A stretch of DNA of 64,000 bases. Source: an uncultured Latescibacterota bacterium (GTDB lineage: Bacteria > Latescibacterota > UBA2968 > UBA8231). Under the pieces are notes generated by a model. The model saw only the letters and a program-made list of their open reading frames with translations, had not been told where the DNA came from and did no database searches. The position numbers and the translations under genes were made by a program. Of the stretch, positions 38,382 through 46,982 are shown in pieces. The DNA is taken from assembly GCA_951813615.1 (NCBI GenBank), contig OX638377.1, positions 4,762,505-4,826,504 on the forward strand. The letters are read 5' to 3'. Position 1 is the stretch's first letter. Each line of letters starts with the position of its first letter.

Positions 38382-40838
38382 TTACTTGAGCAGCAGCATC
38401 TTCTTGGTTTCGAGAAACTCACCGCCTGCCTCCAAGCGGTAAAAATACATCCCCGAAGACAAACTGTGACCGCTGTCGTTCGTCGCCTCCCATTCCACGA
38501 CGTAGCGACCCGCGCTCTGATGCTCGGCAACCAGCGTCCGAACTTCCTGACCAACCACATTATACACGGTCAGTTCCACGTCCGCCGCCTGCGGCAGTGA
38601 ATACTTGATCGTCGTCGCCGGGTTGAACGGGTTCGGATAGTTGTTGGCCAACGCGAACACTTCCGGACGCGTCTGCAACTGCACCGGCGCCGGCAACGCC
38701 AGACGGTTGAAGCCGAACTCGCTGTCATACGTCTGGTTGTCGGTGATCTCAATGACCGTATTCTCGATCTCCGTCTTGGCGCGGAAGACCAAGCTCAGCG
38801 CCACCTCGCCCTCGGAGATCACATCCCCGTGAGCGACCAGCGCCAACACGCCGCCTTCGTCGCTCAGCACCTGCGGCGCGGCCAATTCGCTGCCACCCAG
38901 CGGCTGATCGGTCAGCACCTCGACGAACTCCAGCTTGTCGGCCTCATACTGCACCTGCAAGCCGTAGCCCTTGATCGCGGCGAAATCCGCCAAGCTCACG
39001 TCGAGGACAAAGTCCTCACCCACGATCGGCATGGCCGTCCGCGCGTCCAGATACATCCGCGCACCATCGTTGAGGCCGGCGAACATGGGCACGCGCTTGC
39101 CCGCGGCCGCCGTGCTGCGACCGAAGTTGTCGGCAAAGACGAAGAAATCCTCAAAGTCGATCATCGCATTGGGTGCCAAGTCAAACGCAGGATCAAACCC
39201 AGTGTCTTCCGCCGTCAGACCGAAGAGATCAGCGAGAATGAAGAAGTCGTCGAAGCCCACGTGATTATCGGCACCGAACAGACCGAAGATCGCGAGACCT
39301 TCGCTATCGACCACTATATTGCGCACGGCCATCGCCGTATGCTCGATCTCGGAACCAGTCTCGTTGTCCAAGTCGAAGGGCCGCACCTGATAGGTGTAGC
39401 GCACGCCATGGAGCGCCGTCTCATCGACAAAGGCCGTAACGCCTGCATCGACCTGCCCGACTAGGACGAACTCGTCTTCGCCCGCGGCGCGGCGATAGAT
39501 GTTGTAGCCATGGACGCCGACAACCGGCTCAGTCGCAGCCGGGCCGACAGCTCCAGCAACAGCGCCCTGCAAGAGCTGGTCAGACGGCGAGCGCGTCCAC
39601 GTCAGGGCGATGCGGCTGCCCTCGTCGTTGGGCGCATCCAAGACGCTGAACGACGGCACAGCGTCCGGCGCGATGTCGTCAATAGCGCGCACCAGATTTT
39701 CCGTGACGGTGATCTCCGACTGCTGCAGCACGCCTTCGACGCCCTTCAGCTTCGGAGCCACGCCTTGAGCGTAAGCGAGTGCTTCCGGCAGCAGCGTGGC
39801 GATCACCGGTGCATCACCGGCTTGCGCCGCTTCCATGCTGGCCATCAGCGTCTCGGCCATCTGCTCATAGGGCTGGTTCAGGTTTTCAGCACTGACGAAC
39901 GCGGCCTTAGCGGTAACAATGAGCGTGGTTCGACCGTCGCGCTCGGCGGCAATGCCCCAGCGGGTGGCGACATTGTCGAGCGTAGCGACGATGGTGCGGC
40001 CAAGCTGCACGCCCGGCACGGCATCTACCTCGGCCCAAGGAATCATTTCATTGTTCAGCGAGGGTATTTCGCGGAAGATGCGATAGCCGTCCAGCGTATC
40101 GTGGTCTTCCGACAAGGGCCAAGTCAGCATCAAAAAGCCGCCTTGGTCACCACTGCCGTCGGCACCCTTGTAATCTTGGGCCAACAGAATGTTGGGAGCA
40201 TCCAACGGAGGCGGCACCACCTCGATGGTGAACGGTAGCATTGAAGCACTCGCGCCATTAACGTCCATAACTGTGATCGTGACTATGGCCGTACCTACCT
40301 CGGAGGGCGTACCCGAAATTGTCCGCGTGGCCTCGTCATACGATACGCCAGCGGGAAGCCCTGACACGCTGAGTGTATACGGCGGAGTCCCCCCAAATTG
40401 CTGCAACGTAGAGTCGTCCGGCAGCAACAGCGGCTCAATCGCCGCGCCTAGCTCATACGTCCCTTCGGCCATCGGAGCATCTGAATCATCGGACGACTCC
40501 ATCACCTCGATGGTGAACGGTGGCAGTGGAGCACTCGCGCCATTAGCGTCCGTAACCACGATCGTGACTGTGGTCGTACCTACCTCGGAGGGCGTACCCG
40601 AAATTGTCCGCGTGGCCTCGTCATACAATACGCCAGCGGGAAGCCCTGACACGCTGAGTGTATATGGCGGGGTCCCCCCTCCCAACTCCTGCAACGTGGC
40701 GTCGTCCGGCAGCGGCAGCGGCTCAATCGCCGCGCCGGCCTCATACGTCAGTTCATTGGCCAAGGCGGTATGGGCGGGCAAGAAACCGCTTACTCCCAAA
40801 AGAGCCAGAAAAACGACAAACAACGATGTTTGCTTCAT
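38382..40838 (-). CDS. Exported modular protein: two putative Ig repeats, FN3-like, dockerin/EF-hand-like, cohesin-like and C-terminal FlgD-Ig/T9SS-like domains
   Basis: Signal peptide ending ALA, duplicated GLPAGV.YDEATRTISGTP unit, GYNIYRR..YTYQVR, VGFDDFFILADLFG/IDFEDFFVFADNFG, GYGLQVQYEADKLEFV, NYPNPFNP...KKMLLLK. Confidence 0.85.
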   Translation of the reverse strand: MKQTSLFVVFLALLGVSGFLPAHTALANELTYEAGAAIEPLPLPDDATLQELGGGTPPYTLSVSGLPAGVLYDEATRTISGTPSEVGTTTVTIVVTDANGASAPLPPFTIEVMESSDDSDAPMAEGTYELGAAIEPLLLPDDSTLQQFGGTPPYTLSVSGLPAGVSYDEATRTISGTPSEVGTAIVTITVMDVNGASASMLPFTIEVVPPPLDAPNILLAQDYKGADGSGDQGGFLMLTWPLSEDHDTLDGYRIFREIPSLNNEMIPWAEVDAVPGVQLGRTIVATLDNVATRWGIAAERDGRTTLIVTAKAAFVSAENLNQPYEQMAETLMASMEAAQAGDAPVIATLLPEALAYAQGVAPKLKGVEGVLQQSEITVTENLVRAIDDIAPDAVPSFSVLDAPNDEGSRIALTWTRSPSDQLLQGAVAGAVGPAATEPVVGVHGYNIYRRAAGEDEFVLVGQVDAGVTAFVDETALHGVRYTYQVRPFDLDNETGSEIEHTAMAVRNIVVDSEGLAIFGLFGADNHVGFDDFFILADLFGLTAEDTGFDPAFDLAPNAMIDFEDFFVFADNFGRSTAAAGKRVPMFAGLNDGARMYLDARTAMPIVGEDFVLDVSLADFAAIKGYGLQVQYEADKLEFVEVLTDQPLGGSELAAPQVLSDEGGVLALVAHGDVISEGEVALSLVFRAKTEIENTVIEITDNQTYDSEFGFNRLALPAPVQLQTRPEVFALANNYPNPFNPATTIKYSLPQAADVELTVYNVVGQEVRTLVAEHQSAGRYVVEWEATNDSGHSLSSGMYFYRLEAGGEFLETKKMLLLK
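40218..40749 (-). repeat. Intragenic duplication of the Ig unit (period 285 bp)
   Basis: Near-identical DNA at 40218-40461 and 40503-40749. Confidence 0.85.
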
Positions 40839-40993
40839 GATTCTCTCCTTAATTAATGAATGTAGCAGGCGCTTGCTCGACGAAGAGCGCCCGCAAGCGG
40901 CTGGCTCTTGACGACTGCCCTAGGATAAGTTCCTTATATACTTATTTAACAAAGATAATAATCACAAGTACTTTTTCGCAATCTGGCAATCGT

Positions 40994-41839
40994 ATGATTA
41001 TCGACGTCCACAGCCACACTTGGCAATATCCCGAGCATTTCACCGACCAATTTTGCCAACAAGCAACCCAGGTGGCCAAAGCCAACGAGGCCCTCGATTT
41101 AACCGTAACCTACGCGGCCTATCGCACGGGCGCACAAGCCTGCGGCAAGACCATCGTCTTCGGCGGCAAGGCCCGGCGTTCCGGCATCTGGGTCGACGAC
41201 CGCTACGTCGCCGATTACGTAGCCGCGCACCCAGAAGCACTCATCGGCTTCCTCTCGCTCGACCCCACCCAAGACGGCTGGGAGCAGGAAATGGCCTACG
41301 GGCACCAAGAGCTCGGCCTCAAGGGCATCAAGCTGCTCTCCATGTACGCCGGCTTCTATCCGCACGACCAAAGCCTCGACCCGCTGTGGCGCTACGCCGC
41401 CGAGCACAGCCTGCCCGTGCTGTTGCACACCGGCACCACCTTCGTTTCCCAAGCCCCGCTCGACTGCACCTTGCCGCGCCATCTCGACCCGGTGGCCATC
41501 CGCTTCCCAGCGGTCAAAATCATCATGGCCCACCTAGCGCATCCCTACGAGGGCGAGTGCGTAGCCGTCATCCGCAAACACCCCAACGTGTACGCCGACG
41601 TCAGCGCCCTGCACTACCGGCCTTTCCAGCTCTACCACAGCCTGATGCTGGTGCAGGAATACGGCGTCTGGCACAAATTGCTCTTTGGCAGCGACTATCC
41701 CTTTACGACGATCGACGCCTCCATTGAAGGTCTGCACGGCTTGAACAAAATGCTCGACGGCACGGCCCTGCCGCGCTTGGACGAGCGCGAGATCGACGCC
41801 TTAATCCACCGCGACAGCCTCGACATTTTAGGGCTTTAA
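40994..41839 (+). CDS. Amidohydrolase_2 family protein
   Basis: IIDVHSH, LHTG, IMAH, NVYADVSA, LLFGSDYP. Confidence 0.88.
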   Translation: MIIDVHSHTWQYPEHFTDQFCQQATQVAKANEALDLTVTYAAYRTGAQACGKTIVFGGKARRSGIWVDDRYVADYVAAHPEALIGFLSLDPTQDGWEQEMAYGHQELGLKGIKLLSMYAGFYPHDQSLDPLWRYAAEHSLPVLLHTGTTFVSQAPLDCTLPRHLDPVAIRFPAVKIIMAHLAHPYEGECVAVIRKHPNVYADVSALHYRPFQLYHSLMLVQEYGVWHKLLFGSDYPFTTIDASIEGLHGLNKMLDGTALPRLDEREIDALIHRDSLDILGL

Positions 41840-41923
41840 GAAAAACTTGCGTCAGATCGCCTTTTCTCTTACATCCTATTTTATCTTCCCACGCACCCCG
41901 CCTCTTCCCAAAGGAGTCTCTCT

Positions 41924-43960
41924 ATGAAGCATTTACTCTTTAGTGCCTTGTCCCTCGTCCTCGTCGCGGCACCCGTGCTGGCTGATGACGAAGCGGATGA
42001 AGCCGATATCTATGAAATGGGCGAGATGATCATCACCGGCTCCAAGCTGCCGCAGACGCCGGGGAATGTGACCCAGAAAATCTCCATTATCACCGCCGAC
42101 GAGCTGGGCTCCTTAGTCCTCGGCAACGGCAACCTAGCGGAGATTCTCTCCTACAGCCCGGGCAACTTCGCCAACGTCCTCTCCCGCAACGACGCCAACT
42201 GGGGGTCGTCCGGCGGCTTGGCGCACACCTACAAAGGGTACATGCTCGACGGCCTGCCAATCGACTCCTTCGTCGATCTCCAAAGCCTCGATTCGTGGGC
42301 CTTCCAGCGGGTCGAAGACCAGCGCGGCTCGGCCTCGGTGCTCTATCCGACCTATCTGGCCATGGACTTCGCCGGCAATCAGTCGCCGCTGGCGGGGACG
42401 GCCAACTTCATCCTCAAGGAGCGCGTCGAAAGCACTCGCACCAGTGCCTCGGCGTATTACGGCTCCTACAACACCCTCGGCGGGCGCTTCTTCCACCAGC
42501 GCGCCGCCGGCAATCTGCACCTCTTCTTCGGCGGGCACCACGAGGACTCGGACTACACCTACTACGGAACCTTTGACGACGACGGCAACAGGAACTCCTG
42601 GCTGAATATGGATGACGACCCCGAGTACGAGAAAACCAAGATGTACATGCGGGGAACCTACTTCCTCGACGACAGCGGCCAGCGGGCCTCCCTCTACGCC
42701 CACCGCACTTGGCACACCGGCGATGCCGGCCGCATCAATCGAGACTTCGGCCACACCTACACCACCCTAAACGCCGGGTACACGAACCCGATCTCCGACA
42801 AGGCCACCCTCCAAGCCAAGGTCGGCTACCGCGACTACGTGCGCCGCTGGGAGGAGGATGGCATCTGGGAGGATCCCCAAAGCCGCCAACTGCGCTCGGA
42901 GGACGGGGTGGACCAGTCCGTCATGCCGGCTGATCTCTCCCTCTCCATCATAACCCGAGAAGCAGACGTACTCACCGTGGGTGCCGATTATCAACTCGCC
43001 TCGTACGCGACCTCGCGCGAGATCGGCGAGATAAGTCCCGGCAACGACGCCACCGCCACCGCCGTGGGATTCTACGCCCAAGAAGAGTTCCGCTTGGATG
43101 CACTCATCCTGCGGGCCGGGGCGCGCTACAACATCATATCGCACGACATCGACCTGTTGCAGGGTGCTCCCCCGAACGAGACCAGCAATTCTTGGAACAA
43201 GGTCCTCTACAGCGCCGGGGCGCGCTACAACCAGAGCGATGACCTCTCAGTGTTCGCCAACATCGGCACCAGCTTCAAGGCACCCTCCCTCAAATCGGTG
43301 GGCGGCACCGTTCCCCCGGACGGCAAGGGCGGCCATCTCCCGAATCCAGATATCAAGCCGGAGTCGGGGACCAGCATCGACGCGGGGGCGAACTTCCGTC
43401 CGACGGAAGGAGTGCAAATCGGCCTGCGCGGCTTCAACATCATTATCGACGACCAGATCGTGCAGCGGGTGGTGCCCGTGGAAGAAGACGATCCGGCGCA
43501 GTCGCAGGATATCAACGCCGGCAACACCGCGACCACCGGCGTGGAGCTAGAGGTCTCCCACCGCCTCGACGAGACCGTGGAGTGGTTCGCCAACTACACC
43601 TACACCAACGCCGAGGTGAAGGAGCACCTTGATGAGAACCAAGTCGGTGCCAAGATCAACTTCGTACCGGAAAGCGCCATTGGTGCCGGGGTTCACCTCA
43701 CCTTCTCGCAGGGCTTGCGGGCGACGGTCACCGTGCAGTCCTACAGCGGCATTTACCAAGACATCAACAAGGACGCCGAACCCCTCGACGGGTACATGCT
43801 GGTGAACGCTCGCCTTGAGCAGCGCGTCCGCACCCAAGACGGGTACGACCTGAGTCTCTATCTCGAACCGTACAACATCACCAACCAGGCCTTTGAGATG
43901 CCTTGGGGGTTTGCGGATCCGGGCTTCTCGGTCAACGGCGGCCTGATGGTCTCGTTCTAG
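41924..43960 (+). CDS. TonB-dependent outer-membrane receptor
   Basis: Signal peptide, IITGSK TonB-box/plug, RGSASVLY, NPDIKPE, INAG...GVELE, C-terminal Phe. Confidence 0.9.
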   Translation: MKHLLFSALSLVLVAAPVLADDEADEADIYEMGEMIITGSKLPQTPGNVTQKISIITADELGSLVLGNGNLAEILSYSPGNFANVLSRNDANWGSSGGLAHTYKGYMLDGLPIDSFVDLQSLDSWAFQRVEDQRGSASVLYPTYLAMDFAGNQSPLAGTANFILKERVESTRTSASAYYGSYNTLGGRFFHQRAAGNLHLFFGGHHEDSDYTYYGTFDDDGNRNSWLNMDDDPEYEKTKMYMRGTYFLDDSGQRASLYAHRTWHTGDAGRINRDFGHTYTTLNAGYTNPISDKATLQAKVGYRDYVRRWEEDGIWEDPQSRQLRSEDGVDQSVMPADLSLSIITREADVLTVGADYQLASYATSREIGEISPGNDATATAVGFYAQEEFRLDALILRAGARYNIISHDIDLLQGAPPNETSNSWNKVLYSAGARYNQSDDLSVFANIGTSFKAPSLKSVGGTVPPDGKGGHLPNPDIKPESGTSIDAGANFRPTEGVQIGLRGFNIIIDDQIVQRVVPVEEDDPAQSQDINAGNTATTGVELEVSHRLDETVEWFANYTYTNAEVKEHLDENQVGAKINFVPESAIGAGVHLTFSQGLRATVTVQSYSGIYQDINKDAEPLDGYMLVNARLEQRVRTQDGYDLSLYLEPYNITNQAFEMPWGFADPGFSVNGGLMVSF

Positions 43961-43973
43961 CGCCGCGACCACC

Positions 43974-44035
43974 GTAGGGGTAATCCTTATGATTGTCCTA
44001 AAAAAAGCAAGGGTGCCCACGAGGGATGCCCCTAC
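43974..44035. repeat. REPIN-like inverted doublet of GTAG-type REPs
   Basis: GTAGGGGTAATCCTTATGATTGTCCT plus an inverted copy reading GTAGGGGCATCCCTCGTGGGCACCCT on the minus strand. Confidence 0.72.
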
Positions 44036-44058
44036 GATACGGCCTCAACTAATGATTA

Positions 44059-44187
44059 ACGTGAGTTCGGTATAAGGAAGGGCAAAAGCTCGATAGCTAT
44101 TTTTTAGGGAGTGCCTTATCTTCACAATCGTGTGTAATTAAGCAGATCACGCCTCCAGTTAGAAGGTCGCTTAACCCGAACTCACGT
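44059..44187. mobile_element. 129-bp MITE / non-autonomous IS derivative with 8-bp target-site duplication
   Basis: TIRs ACGTGAGTTCGGTATAAG and CTTAACCCGAACTCACGT (16/18 match); AATGATTA at 44051-44058 and 44188-44195. Confidence 0.85.
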
Positions 44188-44188
44188 A

Positions 44189-45211
44189 ATGATTACATCC
44201 CTCTCCCTTCTTCTCGCTCTCCTGCTCACCGACACTCCGGCGCTCGCAGAAGGCGTGGCGGTCACCGATTTCCGCGGTCGTCGCATCGAACTGGACAAGC
44301 CGGCCGAGCGCATCGTCTGCCTGCTCGAAAGTGCCCTCACCGGCCTGTACATGCTCGGGGCTGAGTCGCGTCTCGTCGGCATTTCGACCAATATCTACCA
44401 AGAAAGCGTCTATGCGTACTACGCGGCGATGGACGAACGCATCCGCGAGCGCACCCTGGCGACACCGGGAAACTGGGACTTCGTCAACATCGAGAGCGTG
44501 GTGGCCCTGCAGCCGGACCTAGTCATTATTCGGACGGCTCAGGAGGAGTCGATCGCCGCGCTCGAAGAGAAGGGAATCCCGGTCTTCGGAGTCTATATCG
44601 AGCGCTTCGCAGACATTCACCGCGAGATCACCGCCCTCGGTGAGCTGACCGACACCCAAGAACGAGCGGCCGAACTCCTCGCCATTGCCCAAGAGGAGTT
44701 GGACGCGGTGCAGCGCAAGACCGCCCTCGGCGCAGGAGAAGCCAAGCCGCGCGTGTACTTCATGTGGGACCAAGGACCGCTGGAGACGGCCGGCCGCAAC
44801 AGCACTGCGCAGGAATTGATTGATCTGGCCGGAGGAACCAACGTGGCGGGTGGCAGCGAACTCGAGCACCTCGTCGTCAATCTCGAAAACGTCCTCGTCT
44901 GGAACCCAGAGCTAATCGTCATGTGGTGCAACGACCGGCTCGATGCCGAGGACATCGGCGAGTTGTCCGGCTGGCGCTCGCTTGCAGCCGTGCGCAACGG
45001 GCGGGTGCGCGAACTGCCCGACCCCTTCTCGTGCGACTTCTGGACCCTCAAATACATCTTCACCGTCGATCTCGTCGCCCGCTGGTGCCATCCAGATCGC
45101 TTTTCCGCAAGCGACCTAGAAGAGCTGCGGGCCAACCTGCTGAACAAGCTATACGGGGGACGGCTCGGAGAGCTACCGTCTATCTCATACGGGACGGGGG
45201 ACGGCCCGTGA
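44189..45211 (+). CDS. ABC transporter substrate-binding protein (Fe-siderophore/cobalamin class)
   Basis: VTDFRGRRI..PAERIV, NIESVVALQPDLVI, LAGGTNV, WNPELI, AVRNGRV. Confidence 0.9.
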   Translation: MITSLSLLLALLLTDTPALAEGVAVTDFRGRRIELDKPAERIVCLLESALTGLYMLGAESRLVGISTNIYQESVYAYYAAMDERIRERTLATPGNWDFVNIESVVALQPDLVIIRTAQEESIAALEEKGIPVFGVYIERFADIHREITALGELTDTQERAAELLAIAQEELDAVQRKTALGAGEAKPRVYFMWDQGPLETAGRNSTAQELIDLAGGTNVAGGSELEHLVVNLENVLVWNPELIVMWCNDRLDAEDIGELSGWRSLAAVRNGRVRELPDPFSCDFWTLKYIFTVDLVARWCHPDRFSASDLEELRANLLNKLYGGRLGELPSISYGTGDGP

Positions 45212-46215
45212 ATAGCGTTTTCCTCCGCCGGCTTATTTACATCCTGCCACTGCCGGTTCTCTTTGGCTCCCTGCTGCTCGGCCCTTCGGCCAGCGCCGAG
45301 GCGGGAAAGATTCTCTCCTGGCTCTACGGCTTACTCTTTCGCGAGGCAGCCGCCGGGAGCGAAGAGGCGCTGGTGGGGACAATCGTGTGGGAGGTGCGGA
45401 TGCCGCGCATCCTCCTCACCTTTCTGGTGGGAGGAGCCTTGGCCGCATCCGGCAATGCCTTGCAGGCGATGTTTCGCAATCCCCTCGTGGCCCCCTACAT
45501 CCTCGGGCTTTCCTCCGGTGCCGCCTTTGGCGCAGCTTTAGCCCTAGTTCTGCCGTTCCTACCAGTCCAGCCGACGGCCTTTGGCTTTGGCCTGTTCGCC
45601 GTGGGCTTGGCTTACTTTTTAGCCCGCACCCGCAAGACCGTGTCGGTCGTCTCCCTCATTCTCTCGGGAGTGATCGTCACTGGGATTTTCACCGCTCTGC
45701 TGACCATCGTCCAGTTCCTCTCCGACCCGTACAAGTTGCAAACCATTGTCCATTGGACTATGGGCAACCTGCACAATTCGAGCTGGGCCAAGCTGCGCTC
45801 CGCAGCCCCGGGGGTGGGCATCGGCGTGATCTGGCTCTTTCTCTTTCGCTGGCGCATGAACGTGCTGGCCCAAGGCGACGACGAAGCGCGCGCGGTTGGC
45901 CTAAACCCAGAGCGGGAGCGGGTGCTAATCCTCATTCCAGCGACCTTAGCCGCTTCGGCGGCGATTGCCGTAGCCGGCGTCATCAGCATGATTGGCCTCG
46001 CCGTGCCGCACATGGTGCGCATGATGCTAGGCCCGGACAACCGCCACACCCTGCCGGCCTCCTTTACCTTTGGCGGAGCCTTTCTGCTGCTGGTCGATAC
46101 CTGCTCGCGCACGTTGGCCTCCTTTGAAATCCCGGTCGGGGTCTTCACCACCCTGCTCGGTGGGCCGTTCTTCATCTTCCTCCTCAAAAAGGCGCGGATC
46201 GGATGGGAGACCTAA
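45208..46215 (+). CDS. FecCD/BtuC family ABC permease
   Basis: RMPRI, FRNPLV.P.ILGLSSGA, GL.VPH, EIPVG..T.LLGGPFF. GTG start overlaps the upstream stop. Confidence 0.92.
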   Translation: MNSVFLRRLIYILPLPVLFGSLLLGPSASAEAGKILSWLYGLLFREAAAGSEEALVGTIVWEVRMPRILLTFLVGGALAASGNALQAMFRNPLVAPYILGLSSGAAFGAALALVLPFLPVQPTAFGFGLFAVGLAYFLARTRKTVSVVSLILSGVIVTGIFTALLTIVQFLSDPYKLQTIVHWTMGNLHNSSWAKLRSAAPGVGIGVIWLFLFRWRMNVLAQGDDEARAVGLNPERERVLILIPATLAASAAIAVAGVISMIGLAVPHMVRMMLGPDNRHTLPASFTFGGAFLLLVDTCSRTLASFEIPVGVFTTLLGGPFFIFLLKKARIGWET

Positions 46216-46976
46216 CACCGGTCATCCAAGTAGAGAATCTCTCCTTTGCCTACGAAGAGCGGCCGATCCTCAACGACATCTCGCTGGAGATCCCGGCGGG
46301 ACAGTTCACCGTCCTGCTCGGCAAGAACGGCAGCGGTAAATCGACGCTCATGCGCATTCTCGGCGGTTTCCTCGACTTCAAAAGCGGCAAAGTGCATATC
46401 ATGGGGGAAGAGATCCGCTCCTTCTCGTCCCGGCAGCGGGCCCGCATCCTCGGCTTCTTGCCCCAGCACCACCGTCCAGTTTTTCCCTTTTCCGTGCAGG
46501 ACGTGGTCCTAACCGGCCGCGCCAGCTATGTCTCCTATATCCCCAAGCAGGAGGACCTAGCGGTCTGCATCACAGCGCTGGAACGGGTCGGCATTGTCCA
46601 TCTGAAGGAGCGTCCCTATACCGATCTGTCGGGGGGGGAGCAACAACTCGTCCACATCGCTCGGGTTCTGGCCCAGCAGCCCCGTCTCATCCTCCTCGAC
46701 GAACCGAGTTCGCACCTCGACTTCCTCAACCAAGCGCACCTGCTGCGCCTGATCCGCGAGTTGGTCGATGCCGACCTCACCGTCCTCGCCATCTTGCACG
46801 ACCCCAACAGCGCCTTCCTCTATGGAGATCACTTCATTTTCCTCAAGGATGGTGCCGTGGAGCGGCTGTCAGCGGCCGAGCGGCCGTGGGACCGCGACTT
46901 TCTGGAGCGGATCTACGACACTAAAATGGATTCGATTCCCTACGGCGACCGCGCCTTCGTGGTGCCGAAGAGGTGA
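46203..46976 (+). CDS. ABC transporter ATP-binding protein (FecE/BtuD-like)
   Basis: GKNGSGKST, LSGGEQQ, LLDEP, LHD. Confidence 0.93.
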   Translation: MGDLTPVIQVENLSFAYEERPILNDISLEIPAGQFTVLLGKNGSGKSTLMRILGGFLDFKSGKVHIMGEEIRSFSSRQRARILGFLPQHHRPVFPFSVQDVVLTGRASYVSYIPKQEDLAVCITALERVGIVHLKERPYTDLSGGEQQLVHIARVLAQQPRLILLDEPSSHLDFLNQAHLLRLIRELVDADLTVLAILHDPNSAFLYGDHFIFLKDGAVERLSAAERPWDRDFLERIYDTKMDSIPYGDRAFVVPKR

Positions 46977-46982
46977 GCGGGC

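Noticed and set aside
37269-38480. Diversity-generating retroelement TR/VR pair
   Set aside because: The repeat is at a gene 3' end, but the single mismatch is C/T on the coding strand rather than adenine-specific, and no reverse transcriptase is present in the window.
33096-38600. Three similar plus-strand ORFs containing LLEQQHLL
   Set aside because: They are reverse-complement readings of the repeated C-terminal domain tail.
41840-41923. Cobalamin riboswitch or Fur box before the TonB receptor
   Set aside because: The spacer is only 84 nt, with no B12-box or convincing GATAATGATAATCATTATC match.
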